Assembly: GCA_030704615.1 (NCBI GenBank)
Contig: CM060731.1
Span: 34,224,001-34,288,000, forward strand
Reading direction: 5' to 3'
DNA length: 64,000 nucleotides
From: Takakia lepidozioides
Taxonomy: Eukaryota; Plantae; Bryophyta
The notes beneath the pieces were generated by a model that had not been told where the DNA came from, did not search any database, and worked only from the letters and a program-made list of their open reading frames with translations. The position numbers were made by a program, and so were the translations under genes. Positions 37,620-50,168 of the stretch are shown here, piece by piece (within the stretch, counting starts at the first letter, position 1; each line of letters starts with the position of its first letter).

Positions 37620-40600
37620 AGCCATGCGCTCCGAAGGAAAAAGCTAGGGATCAAGGTCTTGCAAGGCAAAGTGCCAGACTGAAGACGATGAAGACTACGA
37701 TTCTGCATGAGGGCTCTTCTGAGGACGATGAGGACGATCCACTCCTCCCACGCCAGTGCGAGGCGAGTGCGTCGTCGGCGGATGCCACGGCAAGCCGAGG
37801 AGAACATGCCCATGCTCATGTCGCAGGACAAAAACGCCCATCATCTACACTACGAACACCTTCTCCGTCTGTGAGTTATAGTTCTTCACAATGACCATGA
37901 TTCAAATTATGTATGTTTTTGGTAAAATCACGAAGAGATAGGGTATGGTAAGATCATGAAGAGATAGGGTATGTCTGTCAAGACAGGGAAGTTGGACAAT
38001 GCAGGGGTCAGCCAAGGCACAATCACAAATGATTTCCACTAGACAAGTTGAAGTGCCAAAGGCATGATGTCAGGCCAATGTAGACTTCAGGTGTGTTCAA
38101 ATTCTTTCCCCATGAAACCAACGTCCTGGTACTAAGCTACAATGGCTACTTATAGAGATACTTGGGTTAGTTATGCACCCAGAATATCAGTAAAACTTGG
38201 AGGGATACTTCTCATGGACCCATCAGGTTTGTCCATTTGAATTCTTGCTATGGATTTCAGGAACACCCCATACCTAAGAGGGCTCAAAAATGTACTGGGA
38301 GGACATCATTGGGGCCAATCAAATTTGGGAGATTTACTGCCCAAGATCATACTGAGTTTTGGGTAATCTTGTCTTTACAAATGATATGTGCTTCCAGTTT
38401 GTTATATTGAATTCAAGGATTTGCTGCTTGCTGCCTATATGTATGTGTAATCACCCACATTGTACTGGGGGAATTTCTTTCAGGGCAAGCACAAGCGCAC
38501 TGGATCCACGATCCCTGCTGCTAGCAATGGAGATGGCGCCCACAAGAACGCAGGAGGTGGCCCTAACTCTCCCATCGTTGTGGGTTCTGTGCCACAAGTA
38601 CCCCCACCTTATTATGGTATGCCTCAGTACCCACAGTCTGGCACTCAGTATGGTCAGGGTCAATATGGTGCTCCTCCATATGGGCAGTATGGCCAGTATC
38701 CTCCTCCACCATATTTGCCACCCCCTAATAGCTATGGGGGTGGCAGGCCACCGGAATATCCTCCTGCTTATGGACAGTATGGTCCTCGGCCTTCTGGCCA
38801 ACAGCCATGGCCACCAGTCCCTACTTGGCAGGATCCTGCTTTGAATTCTCCTGAGCGCACGGAGGTCTCTGAAGAGGGGAGGGTGCCGTTTCAAAGAATG
38901 ATAGAACCAATGCTTTAAGGAGGGCTAATAGCTCAGCCAAAATTGAAGCTGCCAAGGTGAAGGAAGAGAGAATAGCTGCAGGTCTTCCTCCCACGGTGAT
39001 TTTGACGAACCTCAAAGGAGCCCCGTATGGTCAGACCCGGAATGTATGGCACGCTGCCCTTAAAGGACAGGCTTATCGCAAGCTAGATTGTTCCCTTGCC
39101 ATCAACAACCAACCTGATGAAGTTGTATACGAAATCAGAGATCACCTGGCTAAGCTATTTTCATATACGCCACACAAGTTAAAAGACTTCCACCTAAAAC
39201 AAACAATTGGCAGAATAATGAAGAGCCAGCGTTATGAAGCACACACTGCGTGGTTGGGTGGTAAGGGGAAACCCATTACTGTATCTGACGAGGTATGGAA
39301 CAAGCTTGTAAGTTACTGGCAGACAGAGGTGTTCCACAAAGTATCGAGCAACATGAAGAAGGCAAATGGTGCAATTCAGAATCCTACCAAGACTGGCCAT
39401 GGGAAGGCAATGGTGGAAGCACGCTTGGTAAGTGGCATCATCACGACTCTGTATTTTGTTCCTCATTGAATTGCTATGTGTATATAGTCAGCCCTCACAT
39501 TGCTTACTGACTTGTGGCATGGGTTTGTTTGTGGCATGGATTAATTTGTAGGAAACACTATCAGGGTGCCCTCCTACATTATATGAAATTCAAGAGGGTT
39601 CAGTGTCACGGTTGTCAGCTGGGAGTGACAGGCGGGTAAGTGTGTTTTGCCACGTTTGCTAGAGTGGTTGTTGCATCATAGGTTGCTAGGGTTTTTTTCA
39701 AGGTTTTGCCTGGGTTTTTCTTTCCAATGGTTGTTCATGCTAGGTTTTTGGTTTGATTCATACTGGGCAAGTTTTCATGGATTAGGCAGGAGGGAAGTCT
39801 CGCATATTCTACAGTAGTTGGCAGGATGGATGGCTTGGACAAACTGGTGGAATCACAAGGACGTGACATGGCAGAATTAAAATTACAGATGCAGAGTATG
39901 ATTGAGTACCAGAAAGCCATTGTGACCAGATTGGGGATTAATCTACCAGGCGCAGGACAGTGACATCTACGATGGATACGTTTGCTGTGACAGTATCAAA
40001 ATGTTTGGAATCCCAATTTCAGACGGTAACTGGTGCTCACTCTAAGCCCTTATGTCTTCCTGTCACTGATGATCTTTTGAATTTGACCGAGCAGCAGCAG
40101 GATACAGGGAAGGCCAGCTGTGAGGTACACGTGGAAATTCAGCCCTTGCCACGTACAAAGGCAGTAGTAGCAGTCCAGGGGGCAATGGTGACAGAGCCGC
40201 CGGGCACACCGGATTCTGGTATGCAGGTATGTGGGAGTTTAAATGGGGAGGAAGATGCAGACGGGGACAAAACAAACAAGCAGGTTGCTTTAATTTCTCC
40301 TGCTCACATGTTGAAGCCAAATGTCAGTTTACTTCCTGGACCAACGAGGAAGCATTTACTAATTCTGGACTTAAATGGTCTGTTATGTGAATCTTTTCAT
40401 TCTACTAATGGGTCTGCATCCCTTCCCAAAGGTTTTGTGGGGAAGATGTGTGGCAAGAAGATGATAGTTTTGAGACCACGCTGTTATGACTTTTTGCAAA
40501 AGTGTTGAACACTTTGAGGTGGCGGTGTGGTCTTGTTGCCAAGCTCGCAACTTCTTCCCAACGGTGGACTATATTTTTGCAGCCCACACTAACGTGGTTT

Positions 40601-41713
40601 TCCAGTGGGATGCCCTTCACTGTGACGAGGATCCAGTCCTCCCATGCCGTAAGGGGTCTGATTCAAAGCCATTATATTTCAAGAACTTGTCTACAGTGTG
40701 GGCAGATTGGCCAGAATGGACTTATGAGGACACTGTTCTTGTTGACGACACACCAAGAAAGGCGGCAAACAATCCTCCCTTCAGTGGGATTTTTCCAGAG
40801 CCATGGAAGGTGCAACCAGATTCACCAACTGATGAGTATCTAACAGAGGTGTTGTGGCCTTTCTTGTGGAAGGCATCGAAAGTTGCCAGTATTCCCAAGT
40901 TTTTGGAGTCTCAGCCTGTTTTCGGACAACAACCATACAACACTGCTACTGTGAAGGTACAAACATTCTGACAGTGCTCTAGAGGCTACAATTTTGTGGG
41001 TTCATTCATTGCATTGCTTTCCTGGATGCTTCTCCTCAGTTGCTTGATTAATGCTAGGTTTTCTTTGCAGTTTTCATGTTGGCTTTTTTGTTTGATTCAT
41101 ACTTGGATTTTGTTTCTATTCACTATTCCTATTTGCTCATTGCTTTCCTGGTTGTTCTCTGGTCTGTGACACAGGAACTTGTGACAAACAAAGGTGATAT
41201 TGTCGACAAGCCGGTACAGACGAGGGCAAGAGTGTCGACCCGGCGAGTAGCCCCCAAAAGAGGTCTCACAACCACTGGAGACTGCAAATGGGAGTAAGTC
41301 CAGGCCGTTGTCTTGTCTGTTTTATTTTTATCAACCTTGGGGCTCTCTTTAATTCGCAAATGTTGAGTGTCCTAGTCGTGTGTATGTCATGGGTTTTCAC
41401 ATCGTTCTTTTTGTGTGGAGTTGGGATCACAGTTCAGGGTGGGTGACGAGGTTCGGCTGTTGGATGTGAACTCCAAACGCAAGAAATGTGGAGTAGGACT
41501 GATTGTTGCTCTTCAAGGTGCTGTGGTGGGTTACGAGTACCCTGCTGTGCCCCTTGATTATGACTGTGTGTACATCAAAGAGGCATGTGTCAGTAACACC
41601 CCTCTACCATATGTGAATGGTGTTAGGAAATAGACCGAGTTGGGCAGGTGGTTGGCCAGACAACACTTTGGAGTCTAAAGTTACTGAAACTTATGGAGCT
41701 GCGGAAGGGATAG
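37620..41713 (+). pseudogene. CACTA TnpA-like multi-exon gene (Transposase_24-like + FCP1/NIF-like domain + Tnp1/EnSpm-like C-terminus), frameshifted
   Basis: PITVSDEVWNKLVSYWQTEVFHKVSSNMKKAN (Ptta/EnSpm type); P/G/Y-rich N-terminal exon; C-terminal VGDEVRLLD...GVGLIV...VPLDYDCVYIKE...TPLPY. Divergent from TnpD. Exon boundaries are approximate. Confidence 0.7.
40345..40960 (+). pseudogene. FCP1-homology (NIF) HAD-like phosphatase domain inside the TnpA-like gene
   Basis: RKHLLILDLNGLL...IVLRPRCYDFLQKC/VEHFEVAVWS...KPLYFKNLSTVW...DTVLVDDTPRKAANNP; one frameshift at ~40500. Confidence 0.85.
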
Positions 41714-42985
41714 TCAGTATTGCACTGTTTAACAGAGTTCTTGATTCTAATAGCACTAGAACATACTAGCTACAACAATTCAGCCCATGTGTGGGCTTGC
41801 TTGTTTTTGGCTGGGCCTTTTGAGGCATGGATTTTTGACCTTGTGGCTTTTGAGGTGTCCATTGGGACATTGGTCTCATTTGGATTTTTGTAATGTGAGT
41901 TATAGGGCTTGTATTGCCCTGTAGTTGACTTTTTCATTCTCCTTGTGTTGATAGTATGCAGGAGGGATCCATTCTGTTTTCATGTTGGAATTTCACCATG
42001 TAATGAAGATTTTAAATCATTTAATTCACTTTCATTTTAAATAATAATATTAAAAATAATACCATTAAAAAAAAATTCCAAGGCTGCAATCTCCTGTTCT
42101 TTTAAATATTAAATGAAAACTAAAAAATAAAATATGAACATTAAAAATATAAACTATTTCGGAAAACAATCTTGATGACACGTGGCATCACTCTTGCTCA
42201 AACCAGAACATGTGGCAGTATATGACACGACATTCTTTATCCATATTTTCACCACGTGTAAAGATCCGTAGTCATATATGCTAGTCATATATTTTGTCTG
42301 TGTGCCACATGTCGCATCTCAAGTGCAACAGGTGTCCCACTAACAACTCTCCATGTAGACATCCCTGTAGTCATATGAGCGAGTCATGTAGTCACCACGT
42401 GTGAAATCTGCCATAGCACACGTGTCCCGCTAGCGCCTCTCCATGTAGGCATCACTGTGCAGACATGTAGTCATATGATCATGGCAAGAAGTCGTGACAT
42501 GTCAAATTCGCAGTGGCGCACGTGTCCCGCTAAAGCCTCTCCATGTAGGCAGCGCTCAATAGACAATGTAGTCATATATTAGTCATATAGTTGTGACTGC
42601 AACCCTCTCTGCAGCAGGACTCCAGGTGCCACGCAAGCAATCACGGATATGACTTGCAAAACGCAGTCCTAAAGACTAGTCGCTATGACAGGGTTTTTTT
42701 CACTACAGAGTGATGTAGTCATGAACGCATATAAGACTGAAAAAATAGTCATATGTGAAGTCAAAAAAATGCTCATCTGTTGTAGTGTGTAATAGTGACC
42801 ATAGCCTCACTAAGTCCTCCATCACTGTCCCTACTACACTCAAACTCGATAGATCAAGAAGCCGGGTGCAAGAGTTGCCCCATCGTTAGTCGCCGTCTTG
42901 CAACCTGTGAACTGGAGCCTGGGATCTCATACTCCTATGAGCTTGGCCTCCCATGTCTTGTTAGCTGCCTCTAGTCATGTCCCCA

Positions 42986-43320
42986 CTATCCCAAGCAGTG
43001 TGGACATAACCAATCTCCATCAGGAACCCTCTCAAGAGGTGGTGTTAAGCATCCCATATACCAACCTCTTGAGCATCGATCACACACCAGCATGGTGGCT
43101 GCCCCTTTGGCAGACCCATAGAGCATGCACCTCAAACCTGCAGGTACCACTGCCAAGTTTGGGTCAACTCTGCCATCAACAGTGGGAAGGTGACATGGCG
43201 CACAATTACGCACATGGTCTTTCCAAGTCATGCCATCCCGACCCTCCAAGATCAGGACTCCTGAGGACAACACCTCTCGAACCCTCAGAATAACACGCCC
43301 TGCAGTGACATCCAGGGCCC
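42986..43320 (-). pseudogene. Integrase C-terminal tail with PHD finger (gypsy copy 2)
   Basis: GRVILRVREVL...KDHVRNCAPCH...CMLY...MLVCDRCSRGWYMGCLTPPLERVPDGDWLCPHC; homologous to 9090-9370. Confidence 0.88.
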
Positions 43321-43589
43321 TACCTGCTCAGTCAATGACAAGGCCTCATCTTGCCCCATCATCTCATCCTCGAGGACTTCCTCAACCTGAGAAAAATCCC
43401 CAGCCTCATCCATCACCGCCACCTTGGCTGCCAACTCCCTCTGAACCTCGAGCACCTCCCACGTGTGCCATGGATGCCTGCACCCCGTGGTCCTCACATG
43501 CTCGCCCCCACTCACTGCCTGTACCATCTCGGTAGGCAGAGAGACCATCGAGGGAAGTGTACTCCGCACTCTGCATTGCTCAGCTATAG

Positions 43590-44540
43590 CCAAGCTGATA
43601 ATCCAGGTCAAGCAATTGAGATCCATTGCTTGCCCCAACACCTGACGACGTGGTGCCTCAGAAAGAGATGACACCGCCGTGGTACCAGTGGTAAAACCCA
43701 TCGCCCGCTCACGCTCGTCAGCATTAGGCTCCACTAACTGCTGCAACTGAGCATCCCACAGGAGGCCACGTCCACTATCCCGGAAAACATGCAATCCTGG
43801 GAAGCTGAGTAGTGTAGGTAATGCTGCTCGTGGTTGACCCACCCCGTTGACCACTGCCTAAGGCAAACGGTCATCGTGTCTCACACGCTGAGACTGCCTC
43901 CCTGTGTCCAAAATGCTATCCACTATGAGGTGTGCTGCCGCTGCACCCCATCAATTCACGCTTTGAGTAGTGCGGGTGACATCAAGTTAGTCCACCATAG
44001 CCGTGGACGATGAGCCCGTGACCCCATTGTAGCTGCATCCAGCAACACTACTGACCCAAGCCACGACCGGACTTGATGCACACTGGCCATCACCCTGACC
44101 TGAGAATCGCCCATCAGTGGCACATTCTCCAAGATGTATGCTGGAGATACAGCTTGATGAAGCTGCAAGTGGCGCAAAACCCGCACCATCTCCCAAAACA
44201 GACCCGACCTCGAGTCTCGTAATCCATTGCTATGCCCGGCTGATGAATGCCCTTGGCAGGGCCAACCTGCACTACCAGATCAATGGAGCCAAACGCTCCA
44301 AATCCTGCGCCCCCAGCAACGAAATGTCTGCTGGCAAGGCCTGCTGATATCCATGACCGCAGACACCGGCAACAACTCAGGGTACTGCTGCACCCAACTA
44401 AGCATATGACGAGAGTAGATCGTGCAGTCTCATCATTCTCCACATACAAGTAACGCCGTACTCGTACACCTGCTTGTAGAACAGCAGCCAATCCGGTGTT
44501 GATCCCTCCAAACAAGTCCAGAAGGCAAATGCCTTCATCC
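43590..44540 (-). pseudogene. DNMT3-like C5 cytosine DNA methyltransferase domain within the gypsy polyprotein (frameshifted)
   Basis: Motif I ICLLDLFGGINTGLAAVLQAGVRVRRYLYVE; IV IDLV/AGWPCQG; V SGLFWEMVRVL; VI YILENV; VIII LDAATMGSRAHRPRLWWTNL; IX ERERAMGF; X RRQVLGQAM. Motifs are in canonical order. Confidence 0.92.
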
Positions 44541-44949
44541 GGACACGGCCACACAATCGGTGTGGTGTCCAATGGTGACAACTGAGGTGGTCCTAGTGCA
44601 ATCCCCGCACTGTCCTCCTCTCCTGACGGTACAAAAGCCTCTACCCGGGCTTGTTGCACACGACAATCAACAACCCGCTGCAAATCCTTGCTCGAACCCC
44701 ACAATGGAGTGTGAGCAACCATGGCAGGCAACTCCGCCATACCATACATGTCATCCTGCTCTCCCGGAGGTGACACATCCTGTGAATGAGCGTTGCCCTC
44801 TAGCAACTCTCCAGGCCCACTCACTGCAGCTGTGAATGCTGCCAGTGTTGGCATCTTGCCTCGCTGGGCAACCACAACTCCTCCTATGAACGTCACAGGG
44901 AGCTGCACACGCCGGCCCTCCCCTGACTGCCATCCAGGCCTATAGGAAG

Positions 44950-47434
44950 CTGACTCCTCCAAAAAATCCAGGGTGAAGCCCATGGGGTACAACACTGCTC
45001 CACCAACCAGGACATTATACGAGACCGCGTCTGTCACAATGGCCTTGGCTTGCATCACTGAGCCATCTGTAGGGTGATCCGGCCGTAGTCCGATAGCCAA
45101 CTCACGCCGTGTCATGCCCCGAGCCTGCTCCGATCCTCCTCCGATCCTCCCAGAGACGTCTGTATCTGGAAAGGACAAGGCTCCATATCCGCCTCCGTGA
45201 GGCCCAAGCCTGCAATAGCAGCTCTGCCCAACATGAATGGCTGAGCTCCTGAGTCCAACAAGACCCGCAGTGGCCAGTACCTCTTGCCTGCCGGTCCACT
45301 GAAACAAAAAATGCCATCCTGGTTGTCGAACATGACAACTCCAGGTGTCACCATGGCGCACTCAATGGCTGGCCTAGTTGGCAGCTCCATCAACCCGGCA
45401 GCTGCAACTTGCCATGGCACCGTCGTGGCAGTCTTGACCCTCAAATCCGAGGATCCCTCCGGCACTACACCTCGCACTATCTCCACAGAAGATGAAGTAA
45501 CCTCCCCACTCTCACAGAGTGTAGCTGCCAGCCTGAACACCTCAGCTGGTCTTATCCCCAGCGTCGCAATCATGGTAGCTGAGAACAATGGAGCCTGACA
45601 CACAGATGTGGCCACTCCCAGCAGCACACTAGTTGTCGTAGCCTTGATAGCACTAGGTAGTGGTGCTACCCGTGTAGCTCTCCCCAATGGCGTAGTAACC
45701 TCCGCCTCAGTAACAGTCGGGCGAGAACTAGGTGCCATGGATGGCGTCGACACTGAATGTAAATGACTGAGGGAGCCTAGCCTGATGGCTTGCCTCCCCA
45801 CGCTGTGGATCCAACTCCACCTCTGTACCTCGTGGCTCAGGAACTCGTGCTGCTCCTCGAGTCACAGCTGCAGCAGACTCCACCTGCACTAGGTAGTGCT
45901 GCTCCACACATGAATCCCATGCCTCCCATATCTCCTCCCTCAAGAGCAGGAGGTGGACCATCCGGCCTTGGAGTCGGTACCACCTGAGCTGTAGCCATGG
46001 CAGCGAGCCTCTGCTCTAGCTGCTGAAGCCGGTTGGCCATGCCTTGGTCAACACCCGGACCTCCGCGTCCTTGGCCATGTTGAGCTTGCCCTTGGCCTAC
46101 ACCCCGTGCCTGGCCACCTCGTCCTCTTTGGGCTGCTCCCCCTCGCCCCCGGCCACTATTGTTCCCTTGGAACTGGTCTGGGCGCAACTCGGGATGCAAA
46201 CCATAACACTGGGCCTCTTCATGCCCGTGCTTGCCACAATGCCCACACTGCAACTGTGCAGGCTATGAATGTGCCGGCCCTTTGCCTCCCTCTGGACAAT
46301 CCTTCTTGACGTGGGGTCCTCCACATGTCCACACACCACATCTGCCCGTTGTTGGCCTACAAATGAAGGGAGAGACCCTGCATCTGAGGTCCTCTCTGCC
46401 CTTCCCTGAGCTTCACCTGAGCCCCCTAGTTGCCTTGAGCACGTTGAGGTAATGGTTGGCTAGGAGCACCACTACCCCATGGTGTCTCCTTAGCGAATCC
46501 CACCATGACCATTCGTTCCTCCACCATGTTGAGCTCTATCCGCTCTGCCAGCAAAAACACATTTGTTAAGGTGGGTTGGGCCGCTTGTAGGAGAGTTGCA
46601 TCCCGCACCCTTCTCCTCAGCTCCTTGTCCAATATCCCATACCAGAATTGGACTGCCTGAGCTTCCGTAACCCCTTAGGTTACATTTATCAAGCGCCTCA
46701 TGCGAGTGAAAGCCTCCCTCAAGCTCTCAGTAGGCTTCCGTTGGAACTCTTGCAAGCTCCGCAACTTCTCTGTCCTCACCCCTTGGTAGTTCCCTCTCAA
46801 CTCTTCGAAGAACTCCACAACAGGGTTGAAGGCATGCACGGGTACTGGTGCTGGTGCGGTAGTGGCTTGGATGGACGTCGTAGCTACGGTACCACCAGTC
46901 CTACTAGTCCCACTGCTGCTTGCTGAAGCTGCCGGTGCAGCGGCAGGTGTAGCCACTGCCCTCATGACTTTAGTGCCCCTAGTGATGGAGACATAGTTGG
47001 GTGACCAGTACATCCTCCACTCCTCGATCTCAACCTCATGCCCCCGCCTAAACTCATGGTAATCATCCATACGCGGCCCCTCAAGGTGCTGAAACAGCCC
47101 CTTCCATGCCATGAAAGGCGTAAATAGTTGTGGATTGCGCATTTGCTGCAAATCACACCAACTACCAAACTCTTGGATAAAATCATCCAATCGATGGGCC
47201 CACCGCCCCAGAGTACCTTCGTGGCCCCTTGGTAGCTCTATACATCTCCTCCATTGTGTCCCACAACAATGGCAAGGAAACAACTTGCACCGCCGGTATG
47301 AGTCCTCCTGATTCACAATCCGAATCAGAACCTTCCGTAGTAGAAGACAGGAGGTGAAGGTGGCCTAAACCGCATACCTCGTCTCGTGTACCCACTAGTA
47401 TCGCTAGTGCTCGAACCGGCTCTGTCCCCAGCAA
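44950..47434 (-). pseudogene. Gypsy gag (with Zn knuckles) and aspartic protease
   Basis: LDDFIQEF...LRSLQEFQRKPTESLREAFTRMRRL (retrotransposon gag); CGHCGKHGHEEAQC knuckle; RVLLDSGAQPFMLG...YNVLVGGAVL (protease). Several frameshifts and stops. Confidence 0.88.
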
Positions 47435-48139
47435 CTAGTGGCACCTCCGTGTTGACACTCAACCGGTCATGAACATGTTCCTAACCCCTTCTCCACAAGG
47501 TAACCGGGTAGAGAACCTGTTGCGGCTTATGGTTTGGAATACTACGTTTCTAACATAGTCTACACCTGTACCTGCATCCACCGCAAGCACTCCTATGGTT
47601 GGCTGGTCATCACCTCCAACCTCACCACAGGAGAAACAATGATGGTTTGGTTGGTCATCACCCCAGCCTCACCATTGACAGCATGCTCTAGGACTAGCCG
47701 GTGATCAAATCCGGACCAATCACCTATAAAAACAAGCGTCCACACAAAACTAGCATGGTGCACAGTCAAGCATGCAAGTATGGAGGGGATCCAAACACAA
47801 GAAATCAGAACGACAACTCCCCACACCAAAAACAACTCCACGGTGCTTGCTCCTGCAATGACACCCCAAGCCCAAACCCGACTGACTCTTGCCCTCCACC
47901 TACGGAAAGGTCTTGGCCTAATGAGAGGGTGGAAACTACAAGGAAGAGAAGTTAAAGCAATGCCTAACCCTAGCATGCCCTCATCCCAACACTCTTCCTC
48001 TCCTCTCTTTTCCCTCACTTGCATGAACATGGGGATATCATGAAGATACTCCTCAAACCCCCTCCACAAGCTTCAAAATTCGGCCTTCAAGACCACATGC
48101 CAGTCCTTAGGCAGTCCACCAGTGCCTCCACGAGTCAGC

Positions 48140-48810
48140 ACAGGCCGTCCACAGTCAACACAGGCCACCACAGGCCACACAGGCCAGCCACACAGCCTCA
48201 CTGTCCACAGCCACCCCAGGCCACAGCCTGTCACAGCCTATCACAGCCCTACACAGGTCACAGGGTCACAGCCCCAAAGGCCACATGTCACAGCTTGTCA
48301 CAGCCCCCGGCCACAGGTCACAGCCTGTCATAGCCATCACAACCCCAAAGGCCACAAGCACAGCCTGTCACAGCCCCTCACAACCCCATAGGCCACAGGG
48401 CACAGCCTGTCACAGCCCCTCATAGCCCGTCACAGCCCCACAGGCCACTGGCACAGCCCGCCACAGCCTGTCACAGCCCCTCACAGTCCCATAGGTCACA
48501 CGGCACAACCTGTCACAGCCCCACAGGCCACATAGCTCAGCCTGTCACAGCCCTATACAGGTCACAAGAGTCACAGCCCCAAAGGCCACCAGCCCGTCAC
48601 AGCCCCACAGCCACAGGGCACAGACCCTCACAGATCACAGCGTCACAGCCCGTCACAGCCCCACAGCCACAGGCACAGCCCACCACAGCCTGTCACACCC
48701 CGTCACAGCCCCACAGCCACAGGGCACAGCCTGTCACAGCCCACCACAGCCTGTCACAGCCCATCACAGCCTGTCACACCCGTCACAGCCCCACAGGCCA
48801 CTCATGACAG
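48140..48810. repeat. cacagcc/tgtcacagcc minisatellite in the gypsy 5' leader
   Basis: Dozens of cacagcc(c/t)gtcacagcc variants. Confidence 0.9.
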
Positions 48811-49289
48811 TTTAGCCATTTCTCCAAGGGGTTTAGCCACGCCAAGCTAGGGTTGTGTCTCTTGGACTCTAGGCTTCTTTGCACCGAGCTACGGCGGCTG
48901 TGAAGAAATCAGCAAGGTATTCTTGCTCTTTCGGCTCCCACACACCACCAATAGTAGCCCTAGCCATGAGGAAGATGGTCGCGCACAAACAAGCCTTCTT
49001 TCTCATTTAGACTCCCAAACACACGCCACTAAACTCAATGACAAACAACCAAGCCTTGCTGGTTTCCAGCCTTGTGAGCACTCATTCAAGCGTTTCCCTT
49101 GGCCATAGCATCTGTCTTAGAGCCTATTCCAGCCCCCTACACCTACCACTTCAAGAGCCATGCTCTATCTAGGCTTGAGTTGAAACCCCAACTCAGAAAC
49201 GCTCTACAAATGTCGGACTGTCACATAAGAGCAGATCAGCCCCTTCCCTTCTCTTCTAGTTTTCTAAAGCTTGAAAACAAAAGCCCAAT

Positions 49290-49645
49290 GGACTGAAGGC
49301 ATGCTCCACACATGCCCCACTCTCACCACCAAAGAATCAGCCCCTTTGCTTTCTTTCTTGCACCCACCAACCTGAAAATACACGCTTCAGTGGGCTGGAA
49401 GCATGCTCCACACATGCCCTACAGGGAAACCAGCCCCTTCCTTCCTTTCTTGCACTCCCAAACCTGAAAGTACAAGCCTTCAACAGGCTGAAAGCATGCT
49501 CCACACATGCATTGCTCTCACATAAGGGAAGTCAGCCCTTCCCTCTTCCTTGCTTGCCCTCAAGCTTGAAGATGGAAGCTTCAATGAGCTGAATACATGC
49601 TCCACACATGCAACCTCTTCACTCAAGAGGTATCAGCCCCCTATC
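49290..49645. repeat. Four diverged ~100-bp tandem repeats in the gypsy leader
   Basis: catgctccacacatgc followed by cagcccct recurs at ~49300, 49402, 49495 and 49597. Confidence 0.75.
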
Positions 49646-50153
49646 TTGGCTCCTTAGCTCCTTGATGCTCTCTAAGACAAAACTAAGCACTCCACAGCCC
49701 TTGCCAAGCTCTTGAAACCAAGGCTTACATTTCCAGCCACCCATCTTGTGGTGCAAGAGCTCTTCTTCCAAGCTCTGAAACCCTAGGTGCACTCCATGGC
49801 CTTGCCGCACCTCTTAGCTCCTGTTCCAGCCCTGCTCTTGCCATGACAAAAGCCCTCTCAATGCTGAAGCTCGAGATTGAAAACCCAATCTCAACATACT
49901 CCACAAAGTGCACTGATTTGCCCCAAGCCAAATCAGCCCTTTCGCTTGGTCTTGCAATCCTGCAGCATGGTGCTTTCATCTCTGAAGCTGAAGATCGAAT
50001 GCCAAGGTCTACCACCTCATAACCCACATCGCCTCCGCTTCTACCAACCAAGAGCTCCACGGTGCTCCTTGCATAACAACCTGGTTTCTCTCATTCTCAA
50101 GCAAAAACCACAAGTGCTACAACTAACTCGTATCTGGCACTCACAGATACGAT

Positions 50154-50168
50154 CTCATCTTTCTCGAG
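50154..50168 (-). promoter_or_regulatory. Self-priming primer-binding site (non-tRNA)
   Basis: Minus-strand CTCGAGAAAGATGAG abuts the LTR end and is complementary to LTR-internal CTCATCTTTCTCGAG (15/15 in array units, 14/15 at 50324-50338). Confidence 0.8.

Larger units (their letters stand above)
31073..42787. mobile_element. CACTA (En/Spm) DNA transposon, 11.7 kb
   Basis: TIRs CACTACAAGAGATGAGC and (reverse complement) CACTACAACAGATGAGC; 3-bp TSD TGT (31070-31072, 42788-42790); subterminal (a)tgactac/gtagtca repeats at both ends. Confidence 0.97.

Noticed and set aside
38460-38918. Separate Pro/Gly/Tyr-rich cell-wall protein gene
   Set aside because: No signal peptide; lies in an exon continuous (via a frameshift) with the TnpA-like region.
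43590-44540. Host DNMT3/DRM gene
   Set aside because: Intronless, collinear with gag-PR and inside a TSD-bounded element; motif order is not permuted as in DRM.
47593-48069. env-like hydrophobic ORF in the gypsy leader
   Set aside because: Short, upstream of gag, no fusion-protein features; insufficient support.
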